A stretch of DNA of 64,000 nucleotides from a virus (taxonomy: Duplodnaviria > Caudoviricetes). Below the pieces are notes generated by a model. It searched no databases, was not told the origin of the DNA, and was given only the letters and a program-made list of their open reading frames with translations. The number at the start of each line of letters is the position of its first letter. Position 1 is the first letter of the stretch. Below, one piece after another: positions 25,047 to 35,434 of this stretch. Where the stretch lies: the IMG/VR virus record IMGVR_UViG_3300022602_000027; one strand, written 5' to 3'. The position numbers and the translations under genes are program-made.

Positions 25047-26006
25047 TTAGATATTAATTGCAATGTGTTTGACAGGATCCCATTTCCAATGCCATTGTCT
25101 TTGCTTTATATGATATAGTACTGATCCAATACTACTACTAGGATCACCTGGATTTGGCAAGCTCCAACGGTACTTAAACATAGGTTCAACTACAGTTTGA
25201 TTTGCCCGACTATTCATAGCACATCCGCCCATATAGACCAAACAGTCAGCATTAGTGAATAATTTAGCAGTAGTCATTACTAGTTCAACTTGTTCTTCAA
25301 AAACTTGTTGAACTGCCGCGGCTAAGTCACATTGTTCTTGTAGCGTAGTTAATTCATTGTTATCCCAATGTAGTACTCCACGATGAAAATTAGTGTTTAG
25401 ATCTAATACTGTACCAGAATTAAAATAACTTCTAACATAGTTTAAAAAATTAGCCGGGTTACCTTGCTCGGCCATTTTTTGTAGCAAGTGTTCGTCTTTA
25501 ATTGGAGTTAACCCAACAAACTGGGTGAACGCACTATAAAATAATCCTAAACTATGTGGATAACTTCTGCTCCAAACTTTAGTCATTTCGCCATGTTTGC
25601 AATTCCAGATGGTTGCACATTCAAATTCTCCAATAGCGTCTAATACAACTACGGCACAGTGGTTAAATGGACTAGTATAATATCCAGCGGCGGCATGACT
25701 AGCATGATGTGGAGTATATTTAAATTTTGCATAATGTAGTCCCCACCTTGTTTGGTTCCAACTTGGTAGTGAAGTTAAATCGAGTGCTGTTTTGTATTGT
25801 CCTGCACGAATTTGTCTTGCTTTTTTAATCCAAGGGCGTTCATACCAATAAATTTGATCAGGTGCGCCATGATATGTAATTGCATCATAGTGTAGTTTAC
25901 TATCTAAATCGTCGTTGTGACTTGTTTCAAATCTAACTAATTTTTCTCTATCAAACACGGCTAAACTACTACCGTGATTAAGAGCATTTATTCCCCAGCT
26001 AATCAT
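25047..26006 (-). CDS. Carbamoyltransferase (NodU/CmcH family), N-terminal domain only
   Basis: HHASHAAAGY, VVLDAIGE, SLGLFYS, GGCAMN and PGDPSSSIG motifs; no YrdC-like C-domain. Confidence 0.8.
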   Translation of the reverse strand: MISWGINALNHGSSLAVFDREKLVRFETSHNDDLDSKLHYDAITYHGAPDQIYWYERPWIKKARQIRAGQYKTALDLTSLPSWNQTRWGLHYAKFKYTPHHASHAAAGYYTSPFNHCAVVVLDAIGEFECATIWNCKHGEMTKVWSRSYPHSLGLFYSAFTQFVGLTPIKDEHLLQKMAEQGNPANFLNYVRSYFNSGTVLDLNTNFHRGVLHWDNNELTTLQEQCDLAAAVQQVFEEQVELVMTTAKLFTNADCLVYMGGCAMNSRANQTVVEPMFKYRWSLPNPGDPSSSIGSVLYHIKQRQWHWKWDPVKHIAINI

Positions 26007-26119
26007 TTGTAGATAAAAGGATCACGTTTCCGTAATTCTTCTAGACGTTTTTTAAATGCTTGTCGTTCCTTGTACCAATGTAAAGGATACAAAATAAAAT
26101 TAATTATTCGTTGAACCAT
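26003..26119 (-). CDS. 38-aa peptide (…KKRLEELRKRDPFIYK)
   Basis: Overlaps the primase stop region; its TGA overlaps the carbamoyltransferase ATG. Confidence 0.6.
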   Translation of the reverse strand: MVQRIINFILYPLHWYKERQAFKKRLEELRKRDPFIYK

Positions 26120-27072
26120 TTCTTTGCCCTCAATTGTATCTTAAGATTGTTTGATTCTTTAGCTGACGCTATCAACCAAAGTGTTGCTAGTTTGCCTAGT
26201 TTAATTACAGCATCGTTAATGTCTTTAACACCTTCGGGCCAGTCCGGCATACTAACACTCCAACCATATTCTAGCGCCTGCTCTAGTGTTGCCTGTCCTG
26301 CTTTATCTCTATCTGGTACTAGCACAATTTCTTTACCTAACTGCTTTAACAACCAATTTTGACTGTCTTTAATTTCTGCACCTAGTAGCGCACATCCATC
26401 AATACTTATTGCATCAAACGGGCCTTCTGCTACAATCACGAACTCTCTATCATTTCGTTGTCTGTCTAGATTAAACACATAGCCCGGTTGTTGTTCTGAC
26501 AAATATTTAGGCTGTGCATCTGAATTAATTGCACGAGCAGTCCAACCTACAATTTTATTTTCAAATATAAATGGAATGATTAGTCTGTTACTAAATCCAA
26601 CTTTAGGTGTCCAGTAGAACGGAAAGTCTTCAGGAAACAAATGTCGACTTATCATGTATTCTAATACAGGTAGCAATTTTTCTGGAGGATTTTCTAGCAA
26701 ATCGATGATAGATAAACTGTCCATTGGCAACGCACGTTCATCAAACTTTGGAATAATTGTGCGAACTTCTGCTGTATTATTTTGATCTAGTCTAAGTGCT
26801 TCAAGCCGCAATTGATTGATAGTGTCATCCGGAATATTTAAATTCCGCATGAATTTATTCATATTTTTGCTTATATGTCTACCAGGTTGCCAACTGCATT
26901 TGAATCCGCAATTAAAGCAATGATAACTAACAGCATCACCGGCATTGACAATAAACCCACCACGTCCTCGAGTGTCGTCACAACAAGGTGCGTTGAAACT
27001 TATCCAACCGCTAGGGGTTGTTTTACGTTTAGGTGGTAGATAAGTTAGGAGTGTATCCGCAATTAGACTCAT
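26104..27072 (-). CDS. gp61: DNA primase (Zn-finger + Toprim)
   Basis: CC...HCFNC zinc site, EGPFDA, VPDRDKAG and KDIND motifs. Confidence 0.85.
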   Translation of the reverse strand: MSLIADTLLTYLPPKRKTTPSGWISFNAPCCDDTRGRGGFIVNAGDAVSYHCFNCGFKCSWQPGRHISKNMNKFMRNLNIPDDTINQLRLEALRLDQNNTAEVRTIIPKFDERALPMDSLSIIDLLENPPEKLLPVLEYMISRHLFPEDFPFYWTPKVGFSNRLIIPFIFENKIVGWTARAINSDAQPKYLSEQQPGYVFNLDRQRNDREFVIVAEGPFDAISIDGCALLGAEIKDSQNWLLKQLGKEIVLVPDRDKAGQATLEQALEYGWSVSMPDWPEGVKDINDAVIKLGKLATLWLIASAKESNNLKIQLRAKKWFNE

Positions 27073-27089
27073 TCCTAATTATAGCAGAT

Positions 27090-28193
27090 TTAATTTGAAC
27101 TTGCAACGACTTTGGTAATCGATCCGTATACTGTTGTAGGATCTTGTTGGCTACCATATTGCCAAACATCTGGATATTGCCAACGTATGCGCATGTAATT
27201 ATAGTGCCCGGCTGTGCTTGCCACAGATACATTGTTAAATGATACTGTAGTTGTAGTTGCAGTAGTACAACTAAAAGTTTGAAATTGTGGTGCGTTACTC
27301 CAAGAACTTTGAGCAATAGTCATGTCCTCTGTTCCTTCGACCCAAATAGTTCCAATGAAATTATTTAGATATATGTCAAAACTCATATATTCAGTGGGCT
27401 CAGCTTCATAAAAACTGCAAGGAATAGCAGGTGTTTGTTGAGTAACATTGCCCATAAAGTTAATCTCGCCTACAAACTCATCATATACTCGATCATCTCT
27501 AAACACAGGCATAGCATCACCTAATAGTTCAATTTTACCAGCACCTGTAAAATTACTATCTGCGTACAATAGGATATTATTTCCAAATTGATCAACAGCA
27601 GTTACACTATAACTTAGATATTGATCATCTAATTCGTTTAAGTCATCTAATGGAATAGTAATTTGTGCTAGCCCTTTAATGATATTAGAAATACTAACTC
27701 CAGTAGCTGATGTAACTGTTTGATTAGGGAAAGTTACAGTTAATGTAGTTGTGCCTGAATCAACATCTGAACTTATACTGCTAACCACTACTGGACCTAC
27801 AATGCTAGTTCCGCTAATAGTGTAACTAACCGCAAACCCTGCCCCTGCAATATTAGCTGTTGGTACAGTTAATGTTGTTGTAGTACTTTTTCCGTTAGTG
27901 GCATTTACAGTAACACCAGTGGCTGTTGCACTAGTAGTTAGAGTTGGCTGGTACGGACTGTTTTTTAGAGCCTTACCGCTAGCATCCATGATGTTAACTT
28001 CAATATCTTGTAGCGTAGTTAAGTCGATGCGTTTTTGATCAGCGTTTTGTATATCAAACTGAATGACATTATCAATGCCACTATAAATTTTTAGTCTTCT
28101 TGCGTATGCCACTTTGTTCTCCACAGTGAATCCCGCCAAATCAGCCAATAGTATAACTCTATTAGGGTATAAATAACTTTGAACTTTTTGCAT
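27090..28193 (-). CDS. Virion structural protein (BppU-like N-terminus)
   Basis: KIYSGIDNVIQFDIQNADQK; Thr-rich insertion. Confidence 0.55.
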   Translation of the reverse strand: MQKVQSYLYPNRVILLADLAGFTVENKVAYARRLKIYSGIDNVIQFDIQNADQKRIDLTTLQDIEVNIMDASGKALKNSPYQPTLTTSATATGVTVNATNGKSTTTTLTVPTANIAGAGFAVSYTISGTSIVGPVVVSSISSDVDSGTTTLTVTFPNQTVTSATGVSISNIIKGLAQITIPLDDLNELDDQYLSYSVTAVDQFGNNILLYADSNFTGAGKIELLGDAMPVFRDDRVYDEFVGEINFMGNVTQQTPAIPCSFYEAEPTEYMSFDIYLNNFIGTIWVEGTEDMTIAQSSWSNAPQFQTFSCTTATTTTVSFNNVSVASTAGHYNYMRIRWQYPDVWQYGSQQDPTTVYGSITKVVASSN

Positions 28194-28220
28194 TAACGGA
28201 AACCTTTAATAGTAGTATTT

Positions 28221-28595
28221 ATGGCAAAACTAAGAGACAACATCGAACAAAATCTACCCTTTATCAGTGTCTTGAACTACGGAGGCAACGAATATGTAGG
28301 AATTGTGATCAACCAGGATCAGTACGTAACCAGCTTTTACGACCTCAACGCCCTGCACACTCCAGAAGAAAAAACTAAATTTTTAGAAATAGGTGAAATA
28401 TGGTGGTGGGAATCAAATAGACAATTCCCAATTAGCATATTTTGTCGAGATCAAATAGGCCCGTTTAATTATGCTATTAAAACATTTAACAGCAAAGATA
28501 CCCGAGTTATCTTAGGGCCGGTAGTTAACTTAATGAACTTAACTATGAAACGTGTAAAACGTAAATCAGTTCAATTAGTCCGTAGAGTTAAGTAA
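28221..28595 (+). CDS. Hypothetical protein
   Basis: 124 aa ORF divergent from the previous gene. Confidence 0.7.
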   Translation: MAKLRDNIEQNLPFISVLNYGGNEYVGIVINQDQYVTSFYDLNALHTPEEKTKFLEIGEIWWWESNRQFPISIFCRDQIGPFNYAIKTFNSKDTRVILGPVVNLMNLTMKRVKRKSVQLVRRVK

Positions 28596-29144
28596 CCCTT
28601 CGCAAATTAAATTCATCTGCACAACAATTACATGTGCGTAGGCAATAGCATGTGCCTTCTTAAAATAATACTCGTCATTCTCCGGTTTCGTCCAAATCTC
28701 GCTCATCACCGTAGTCCAATCTTTCCCAATCAGATAACGTTTTGCGGGGCGAATCATGGCCAATACTGCGCCTAATTGTTCTATCGAGGAAGGCTTCATT
28801 TGTCTCAATATAGATCCGTGCCCATTCACGTGAAAGAGTTTGTTGACGAAGTCGTCTTCTAGTAATAGATCCCATAAGGGCTCTGTCTCCAATAGTTTAG
28901 TAAGATGTTGTTTGTTTTTAACACCTTCATACACGCTAACATTTAGGAAATCTATCTTAAAATATCCTCTATCTTCAGCAGTTTTGTAATCAATAGTACT
29001 TAGTCCAGTTACAGGATTATATGGTATGCTTTGCACATACACACCTGTGTTATGCTTTTTATCTGTATCAAGTCGTGCATCTATATGTTTTAGCACATCT
29101 AAAACTTTTGTTCTATCTGCAAAATCTAAATCAATATCTGGCAT
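28575..29144 (-). CDS. Miniature DNA polymerase III alpha (DnaE)-like protein
   Basis: MPDIDLDF, FKIDFLNV, AMIRPA and FKKAHAIAYA motifs in only 189 aa. Confidence 0.8.
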   Translation of the reverse strand: MPDIDLDFADRTKVLDVLKHIDARLDTDKKHNTGVYVQSIPYNPVTGLSTIDYKTAEDRGYFKIDFLNVSVYEGVKNKQHLTKLLETEPLWDLLLEDDFVNKLFHVNGHGSILRQMKPSSIEQLGAVLAMIRPAKRYLIGKDWTTVMSEIWTKPENDEYYFKKAHAIAYAHVIVVQMNLICEGLLNSTD

Positions 29145-29848
29145 TATATATTGCTCTCTTTGATTACTTGTTTAACTAATTCTGTATCTGCAGGTAGTTT
29201 TTTAAATTTACTTAACCAGAATGGAACATCCATTACTGCACTAACTGCCGTTAGTTGTTCGTCATTAAATTTCTTTAACATAGCTTTGCCGTTATTGCTA
29301 TTTAATACAACCCAAGGACTAATTTTACCATCTTTAATATCAAAAGTAGCACGACTTAAACTAACATACAGGAAATAATGATTCCATTGCGCTTTGTTAT
29401 CATTGCCCCATGATAGCATATGACTTATACTTCTTTCAAGTGCTGTCTCAACTGCTTCTGTTTTTATTAAATGCACAACATAGTCATCATATAACGCATC
29501 TCTGCACCAGTGATCTAGTTTAACACCACTAGTAACCACATAATCAATAAAACGATCAGGATAAAGCGGGTTGACGTTACTAACAAAACTGCCAAACTTA
29601 ACAAAAGCATTATAGTAAGGACTTCTTGCAAAATCATCATATGTTTTATTACCTTTATTATTTTGTGTTGTTTGATAAAATCTATTATAAGTATCGTAAC
29701 CTAATACCACATGCTTTTCTGACTTAGCCAAGTGCCTACGTTTTTGTTCACAGACATGGACTGCAAGAGTTTTTTCCTGCATAAATCCCTTGTTGCAATA
29801 CTGACAAACATAAGGTTGATTAATCATGGATTTTAAATTTATAAGCAA
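29144..29848 (-). CDS. C2H2 zinc-finger hypothetical protein
   Basis: CQYCNKGFMQEKTLAVHVC. Confidence 0.7.
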   Translation of the reverse strand: MLINLKSMINQPYVCQYCNKGFMQEKTLAVHVCEQKRRHLAKSEKHVVLGYDTYNRFYQTTQNNKGNKTYDDFARSPYYNAFVKFGSFVSNVNPLYPDRFIDYVVTSGVKLDHWCRDALYDDYVVHLIKTEAVETALERSISHMLSWGNDNKAQWNHYFLYVSLSRATFDIKDGKISPWVVLNSNNGKAMLKKFNDEQLTAVSAVMDVPFWLSKFKKLPADTELVKQVIKESNI

Positions 29849-30344
29849 TGCTTATCCTTTGTTCGGTACAATAAACAGTTGGTTCTAATGCACAATGAAA
29901 TAACGTTGAATCAAACACTACTGCTGAGTTAGTCGATGGAAATACTGATTTTATTACTCTAGGCGGATTTGTATTTTCTATAAAGATTAAATGTCCACCA
30001 TAGTGAGGAGCCCAGTCTTTATGCAAAAAATATACTAAACTACCAAAATTGTCAAGACTTTCATCTTGATGTACCCATGCAGTTTGTCCATGTGCTTGTC
30101 CATTTCCGTATAGTCTAGTAGTTGATACTTCTTTGTTTAAAATATTTTCAATTTTATTTTTAAATATTTTTTCAATAACTTGAGATTCTTTTAATTCTTT
30201 ATACCAAAATCTACGCACAGGAATAGGAGTGATTGCAGATGCTTTTGCGGTAAAGGTCCAATCAAACTTGTTAAATTCTGACCATACGATTTCATAATCT
30301 TTGTCTGATAGGAAATTATCAAATTCGTATATTTCTTTCAACAT
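29820..30344 (-). CDS. 2OG-Fe(II) oxygenase (P4H-like)
   Basis: HQD...GGHL...HCA...R.SIA. Confidence 0.85.
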   Translation of the reverse strand: MLKEIYEFDNFLSDKDYEIVWSEFNKFDWTFTAKASAITPIPVRRFWYKELKESQVIEKIFKNKIENILNKEVSTTRLYGNGQAHGQTAWVHQDESLDNFGSLVYFLHKDWAPHYGGHLIFIENTNPPRVIKSVFPSTNSAVVFDSTLFHCALEPTVYCTEQRISIAYKFKIHD

Positions 30345-30829
30345 TATTTTAATTTTTTAGCAATGGTAGCTTCATCCCAACCGTGCGCTCTTGCTAGATC
30401 CTTAATTTCTTTATCTGTACTTAAACTAACCAACAATTCAATTTCGTCAGTTTTTCTATCGGGCATTAATTCTTCCAATAGCTTGGCTTTTTTGCCGCCT
30501 TTTGTATCACGTTTCTTATTTGGAATCCATTCGTGAAAGAATTGTGTCTTTTTATCATAGCTACACATACATAGCAACTGCCACAATAAGTTTGGATGAT
30601 TTTGTAAACTTGCCCAATGCTTATTGTAATATTCGTTGACTGTTAGTACAAAATGTTCTTGTATCTCTCTCTTGTTACTTTTTACACTACTGATATAACG
30701 ATTGAGATTATACATGTCACCTTTGATCTCTTTACGCTCATCTTCACTAGCTTCTGCCCATGCAGATTTTGCGCCTAAATCAACTAAAGGTATTATTTCT
30801 TTAAAGAGGTCTATGTGTTTGTTCGCCAT
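30344..30829 (-). CDS. Probable clamp-loader small subunit (gp62-like)
   Basis: YNLNRYIS...VNEYYN..L.HP.L.WQLL..FHEWI pattern; replication context. Confidence 0.5.
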   Translation of the reverse strand: MANKHIDLFKEIIPLVDLGAKSAWAEASEDERKEIKGDMYNLNRYISSVKSNKREIQEHFVLTVNEYYNKHWASLQNHPNLLWQLLCMCSYDKKTQFFHEWIPNKKRDTKGGKKAKLLEELMPDRKTDEIELLVSLSTDKEIKDLARAHGWDEATIAKKLK

Positions 30830-31079
30830 TATTTTCTTTGCATAATTCGTATAATATTATAACACGATCAATCGCTTTTTGTAAAGTCTCATTGGTGTGA
30901 GCAGTTTTTCGAATATCGTGCCAAAGCTGGGCTTGTCTAAGCTCTTCATCTCTTGTTTGTTTTTTATAACTAATACCGATTAGTATCCGTTCAGTTTCGC
31001 CTTGTTTTCGAGCATAGATACTATCACCGCCGTCCGGACTTTCATATATGTAAACAGCACCCGGTTCAAGTTGTCCCAT
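30801..31079 (-). CDS. Hypothetical protein (YIYESPDGG)
   Basis: Coupled ORF in operon. Confidence 0.7.
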   Translation of the reverse strand: MGQLEPGAVYIYESPDGGDSIYARKQGETERILIGISYKKQTRDEELRQAQLWHDIRKTAHTNETLQKAIDRVIILYELCKENNGEQTHRPL

Positions 31080-31705
31080 TACTGATCCTTTGGTACTAGA
31101 ATTGCGTCAAACGCTAGAACAGTTCTATGTCCTACTCCTTTCCACGGGTAAACGGTATGGGGTAAATGGCTAGGGAATAATATTACTGTGCCTGGAGTTG
31201 GAGTATATTTCCATACATCCTGCATAATAAATTTACTAACATCTTTAGTATGCGGCAATCTAAATAATATTTGCCCATCAGTAGGTAAACTACCTTCTGC
31301 AAATTCAGGAGCACTGATGTATATATTTCCACTCAAATGTCCGCCTGGATGGCTATGCATTTCCTGATAATCACCTTGAAATTGTCTTATGGTCCATGCA
31401 CTAACAATTTGTGGGCGGCATAATTTTAATTCTTCAGTTCCGCTTTGCTGGATAATAATTTCCATATATCCTTTGCAAATTGTTTCTAACCATGTAGTTA
31501 ACCATCCAACATCTATGCCTAACTGATTCGGGTATACTTGAACTTGTTGTCCACCTCTAATGCTCAGTAATGGATTTTTACTGTCATTTAATTCTGGGTG
31601 TTGATGTAGGCTTTCAACTAGGCTATACATTTTACTAAACTCAACTGGCGGCACTTGATCAATAGCCAGTGTCATTGGTTGAAAGTAAGCAACTCTTAAT
31701 GTCAT
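31079..31705 (-). CDS. 2OG-Fe(II) oxygenase (HxH type)
   Basis: HSHP..LSGNIY..G..ILFPSHLPH.V..R. Confidence 0.85.
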   Translation of the reverse strand: MTLRVAYFQPMTLAIDQVPPVEFSKMYSLVESLHQHPELNDSKNPLLSIRGGQQVQVYPNQLGIDVGWLTTWLETICKGYMEIIIQQSGTEELKLCRPQIVSAWTIRQFQGDYQEMHSHPGGHLSGNIYISAPEFAEGSLPTDGQILFRLPHTKDVSKFIMQDVWKYTPTPGTVILFPSHLPHTVYPWKGVGHRTVLAFDAILVPKDQ

Positions 31706-32208
31706 AATAATTTATCCAATTGAATTATTTCGCTTTGACGGCTAATTTCTTTGACAAAATACGCACAATCTGGCTTTTCTCCAAAGCGAGTAGGAGTAGC
31801 TAATAATTGATTATTTTTCATTTTAGGAAAATACCATTTGACGTCATTATAGAAATTTACAATTTGTATTTTCTTAAACTCTACCCTAAACGAGCTTAGT
31901 GGGTTAAAAATTAATGCTTCAAATCCTCGATCATTTAAGCTAGTTAAGGGTAAAATTTCGATGTCACAACCGCTTTGACTATCGCCTACTGCTATACTCC
32001 AATCAATAGGCATAGCTACTTCGTCTTCGCCGATTCTTAAAACCATTGCAGGCGAATTGAAGCTTTCTAAGAATATTAAAGGCATAAACATAAAATCTGG
32101 GTCTGCTGGTGAACTATTATCTAGTACTGCAAAACGAGTATTTTCGTCTACTTCTTCAGGTAAATTGTTTAATGAGAATGTTTCGTTATCTAATGTTAAT
32201 ATCTGCAT
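31702..32208 (-). CDS. Hypothetical protein
   Basis: Coupled ORF after uvsW. Confidence 0.7.
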   Translation of the reverse strand: MQILTLDNETFSLNNLPEEVDENTRFAVLDNSSPADPDFMFMPLIFLESFNSPAMVLRIGEDEVAMPIDWSIAVGDSQSGCDIEILPLTSLNDRGFEALIFNPLSSFRVEFKKIQIVNFYNDVKWYFPKMKNNQLLATPTRFGEKPDCAYFVKEISRQSEIIQLDKLL

Positions 32209-32214
32209 GATTCC

Positions 32215-33684
32215 TTATTTTTGCCAATCTACTTTTTCTAAAGTAAATGGATATTTGGCATCCTTGTAAAATTTCTTCCTCGTTGTGAGGTGACGTTTTG
32301 CAAATTTACAAGTCGAAGTTAGATCCCAGATCTGGACGAAATCTTTGTCCTCTGCTTTCCTAATACCGCGTCCAATAGATTGTATAACGCGGACAAAGCT
32401 CTTTCCGGGTTCCAGAAGAACCAAATTAAAGATCCGAGGAATATTAATACCCACAGCGGCCACACCATAAGTCGCCACAGTAATTTTATTATCACTTGTT
32501 GCATGTTCTTTATATTCCTCTTTTCTCTTTGTTCCTTTAACTTCGCCTGAAATAAACACAGCGTCGTCTATCATTTCTGTTAATAATTTGCCTGTATCAA
32601 TCCTGTTAACTAGGATTAGTGTATTGCCTGATTCCGATAAGCCTTTAACGAGTTTACTAATATATGTCATCCTGTCTTTGTTAGTGACAAGATATTTTAA
32701 TTCTTCTTGATAGGATCTAAATTCTGGTAAATCTATCATTTGTAGCACGTTTACATGAAGATTACTTAATATACCCATCTCCTGTAGCTGATGTGCTTTA
32801 ATGCCGCCTACTACTGGTCCGATTGATGCAAAAATAGGTTGTGCTTCAAAATCATCTTTAGGAACTGTACCAGTTAGTCCCCAACGTATAGGAGCATTAC
32901 ATAAATTCTGTGTAAGTAAATTCTTAAGAACTTCTGCTTTTGCCATGTGAACTTCATCAACAATAACAGTAGCAACACCATCTAAAAACTCTGCCAATGT
33001 TACTGCTAATTCTGCGTCCCAGTTCTTACTTTTCTTATCTAGGATGTTTAAACTTTGCCAAGTACAAATGGTATGCTTGTGATTTAACATCTTTCTATCA
33101 CCGTAATACACACCTACGTCTAATCCAACGTTGACAAAGTCTTCTTCTGTTTGTGTAACTAAATCCTTGTTAGGCACAATTACAATAGTACGTCCATATT
33201 TTTCTGCACAATGACTTAATGTTGCTGTCATAATTGTCTTACCGGCACCTGTAGCAACTTCTTGTAGTGCTTGTGTGTTTTCAAAGAATCGATTTACAAC
33301 TTCAACTTGATCGTCACGTAGTACAATAGGTTGCCCAGCAAATCGGTGTCCTTCGGGCCATACTTTACCTTGATCTGCCCAGTAATGAGTTGTTATAGGA
33401 TCAAACGAAATTTTCCCTGCATTTCTTAAATCTTCAACGTCTTCAATTTGAATGTGCATATCATATAATATTTCCATGCACTTTTCTAGCTGACTTAGAT
33501 AGCCGTTGCCACCAAGTCCAAACATACTAACTTTACCATCCCAACGTCCTAACTTATATGCAGGACGATATCTAGCAGTAGGATCTTCATATTTGAAGGT
33601 GTTGGCTAATTTTTTTCGTGCGTCTAGAGATAAGTTTTCAAACTTAATATTAACTTCATCTCTAATAACTAATCTTACTGCCAT
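32215..33684 (-). CDS. uvsW: UvsW-like SF2 helicase
   Basis: ATGAGKT, DEVH, GLTGT and QSIGRGIR motifs. Confidence 0.92.
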   Translation of the reverse strand: MAVRLVIRDEVNIKFENLSLDARKKLANTFKYEDPTARYRPAYKLGRWDGKVSMFGLGGNGYLSQLEKCMEILYDMHIQIEDVEDLRNAGKISFDPITTHYWADQGKVWPEGHRFAGQPIVLRDDQVEVVNRFFENTQALQEVATGAGKTIMTATLSHCAEKYGRTIVIVPNKDLVTQTEEDFVNVGLDVGVYYGDRKMLNHKHTICTWQSLNILDKKSKNWDAELAVTLAEFLDGVATVIVDEVHMAKAEVLKNLLTQNLCNAPIRWGLTGTVPKDDFEAQPIFASIGPVVGGIKAHQLQEMGILSNLHVNVLQMIDLPEFRSYQEELKYLVTNKDRMTYISKLVKGLSESGNTLILVNRIDTGKLLTEMIDDAVFISGEVKGTKRKEEYKEHATSDNKITVATYGVAAVGINIPRIFNLVLLEPGKSFVRVIQSIGRGIRKAEDKDFVQIWDLTSTCKFAKRHLTTRKKFYKDAKYPFTLEKVDWQK

Positions 33685-34877
33685 TTGCCAATAACCTTAT
33701 TTTCAAACAAAACTTCTTTGTCGGACCATTCAACTATACAATCACAACAATTAGAGTATACAGCAGTTTTACCATGTCGTAAACCCATTTTGGTGTCTAG
33801 TGCAATAACACTCATAGGTTGCCAAGTATTTTTAAGAAAAAATTTAGGTAGCTTACCACTCATTACAACTGCTACCTTAGTGTCTTTACCTAAATTAGTA
33901 TTATATGATTTGTCTTTGATTAATTGATTAAATTGTTTTCCTACTTCGTCATTAGGTAATCTAAAATACACGCCAATACCATCAAAAATTCCATTTTTTT
34001 CTAAGGCATCATTTAGCATTTCTAAATTTTCTAAATATTTAGAATCAATAAACGTATCAAAGACTACTAGCATTGGAAGACGTTTTAAATTTATTAATGA
34101 TGCAATAACTGACGGCAAATCATAATCTTCCTTACCAATCCATACTTTTGTTTTAGTGCGGTTAGCAATAATTTCAGTTAAATTTTCACCAATTTTACGT
34201 GGAGCTTCGAGTGAGTACTGATATCGCATACTACGGTCAGCAATGATGTTATGATCAATAGCAGTTTCAATACCTAAGTCAGCAGTAATGTGTTTTTGAA
34301 AGTTTTGCCCAGGCATATTGGCAATTAAAAACTGATCAAAAAATGTATTACTCGACCATGATTTTATGGTGTTATAGTGATTTTTTATAGTTTCATCGAT
34401 ATCAAAATTTAATGGTGTAAATGCCTCAACTAGTTTTACAATATTTTTTTCAGTTAAGTCTGCCCAGTATTTCTTACCAGTATTTGATACAATTAGGTTT
34501 TCACAAGTGCGAGTTAAGTCTTGTAAAATTTTACGAATTTGTGATGAAAATGTAAATTCTATAACCATTACTAGTTCATCTTGTGAATTCTTTTCAAGAT
34601 ATATTTTTTTTACTTGTTCAACATACCTAAATGTTTTTGACCAAGTTGGCGCAGTAGTTGCTTCATCAATAGCCTCAGAAAAATTTGATAATTTCTTTTG
34701 ATACTCTTTAAGAATTTTAATTAATAGACGTCCTTGATTCTCTGTTATGAAGTAATTTGCTGTAATAGACTTGTATAGGTTGTTAAGTATATCAAAATCT
34801 TTTTTAGGGAACAAATTCTTAGCATAATCATCTGGGTGATCAATAATTTGTATTAATAGGTTATCTACTGTAGTCAT
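33675..34877 (-). CDS. Hypothetical protein
   Basis: 400 aa; own sigma70-like promoter. Confidence 0.75.
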   Translation of the reverse strand: MTTVDNLLIQIIDHPDDYAKNLFPKKDFDILNNLYKSITANYFITENQGRLLIKILKEYQKKLSNFSEAIDEATTAPTWSKTFRYVEQVKKIYLEKNSQDELVMVIEFTFSSQIRKILQDLTRTCENLIVSNTGKKYWADLTEKNIVKLVEAFTPLNFDIDETIKNHYNTIKSWSSNTFFDQFLIANMPGQNFQKHITADLGIETAIDHNIIADRSMRYQYSLEAPRKIGENLTEIIANRTKTKVWIGKEDYDLPSVIASLINLKRLPMLVVFDTFIDSKYLENLEMLNDALEKNGIFDGIGVYFRLPNDEVGKQFNQLIKDKSYNTNLGKDTKVAVVMSGKLPKFFLKNTWQPMSVIALDTKMGLRHGKTAVYSNCCDCIVEWSDKEVLFENKVIGKWQ

Positions 34878-34884
34878 ATTAGTT

Positions 34885-34913
34885 AGTGTACACTGACAAA
34901 GTTATAAATGCAA
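34885..34913 (-). promoter_or_regulatory. sigma70-like promoter TTGCAT-N17-TACACT
   Basis: GG prefix as in the early promoters; drives the uvsW operon. Confidence 0.65.
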
Positions 34914-34921
34914 CCATTTAG

Positions 34922-34954
34922 AAAAAAATAGGCCTCAATATTATTTAAGGCCTA
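34922..34954 (-). terminator. Terminator after uvsY
   Basis: TAGGCCT stem followed by a T tract on the - strand. Confidence 0.6.
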
Positions 34955-34978
34955 CGGTATACCTTTTGGGCAAATTGA

Positions 34979-35434
34979 TTATAATGTTGCGTCTTCCATA
35001 CCAGCAACACGCAATTTTACAATATTTGTAATTTGCCATTGCTTCTGATCAAGTGCTTTGGTAATACCCAACCACTTGTTGCGTAGAAGAGCAAATTCGT
35101 TGATAATTTTTTCAAAATCGACTACATCTGATTCGCCTTCAACAAACTTTTCACAATCTCGTGAGCTTAGAGCACGTTGATAGTTTTCTAAGTACTTACG
35201 AAAGTGTTGGCTTTTAAGACGACGTAGTTCAATATTGAGATATTCTAAGATTGCTTCAATTTCTTGCAGTTGACTAAATCGTTGTTCGACAATACCGGGC
35301 ATACTTGCCGCGGCACGTTCAACATTACCACTAATACGGCATTCTAATCTTGCATCTTGTAACTCTGCATTAAAATAGTCTGCCGCATCTGGAATATTTG
35401 AAATATCTTTAGCAACCTTAGCGTACCAACTCAT
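34979..35434 (-). CDS. uvsY: UvsY-like recombination mediator
   Basis: ALSSRDCEKFVEGE and KQWQITNIVKLRVAG; next to uvsX. Confidence 0.85.
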   Translation of the reverse strand: MSWYAKVAKDISNIPDAADYFNAELQDARLECRISGNVERAAASMPGIVEQRFSQLQEIEAILEYLNIELRRLKSQHFRKYLENYQRALSSRDCEKFVEGESDVVDFEKIINEFALLRNKWLGITKALDQKQWQITNIVKLRVAGMEDATL

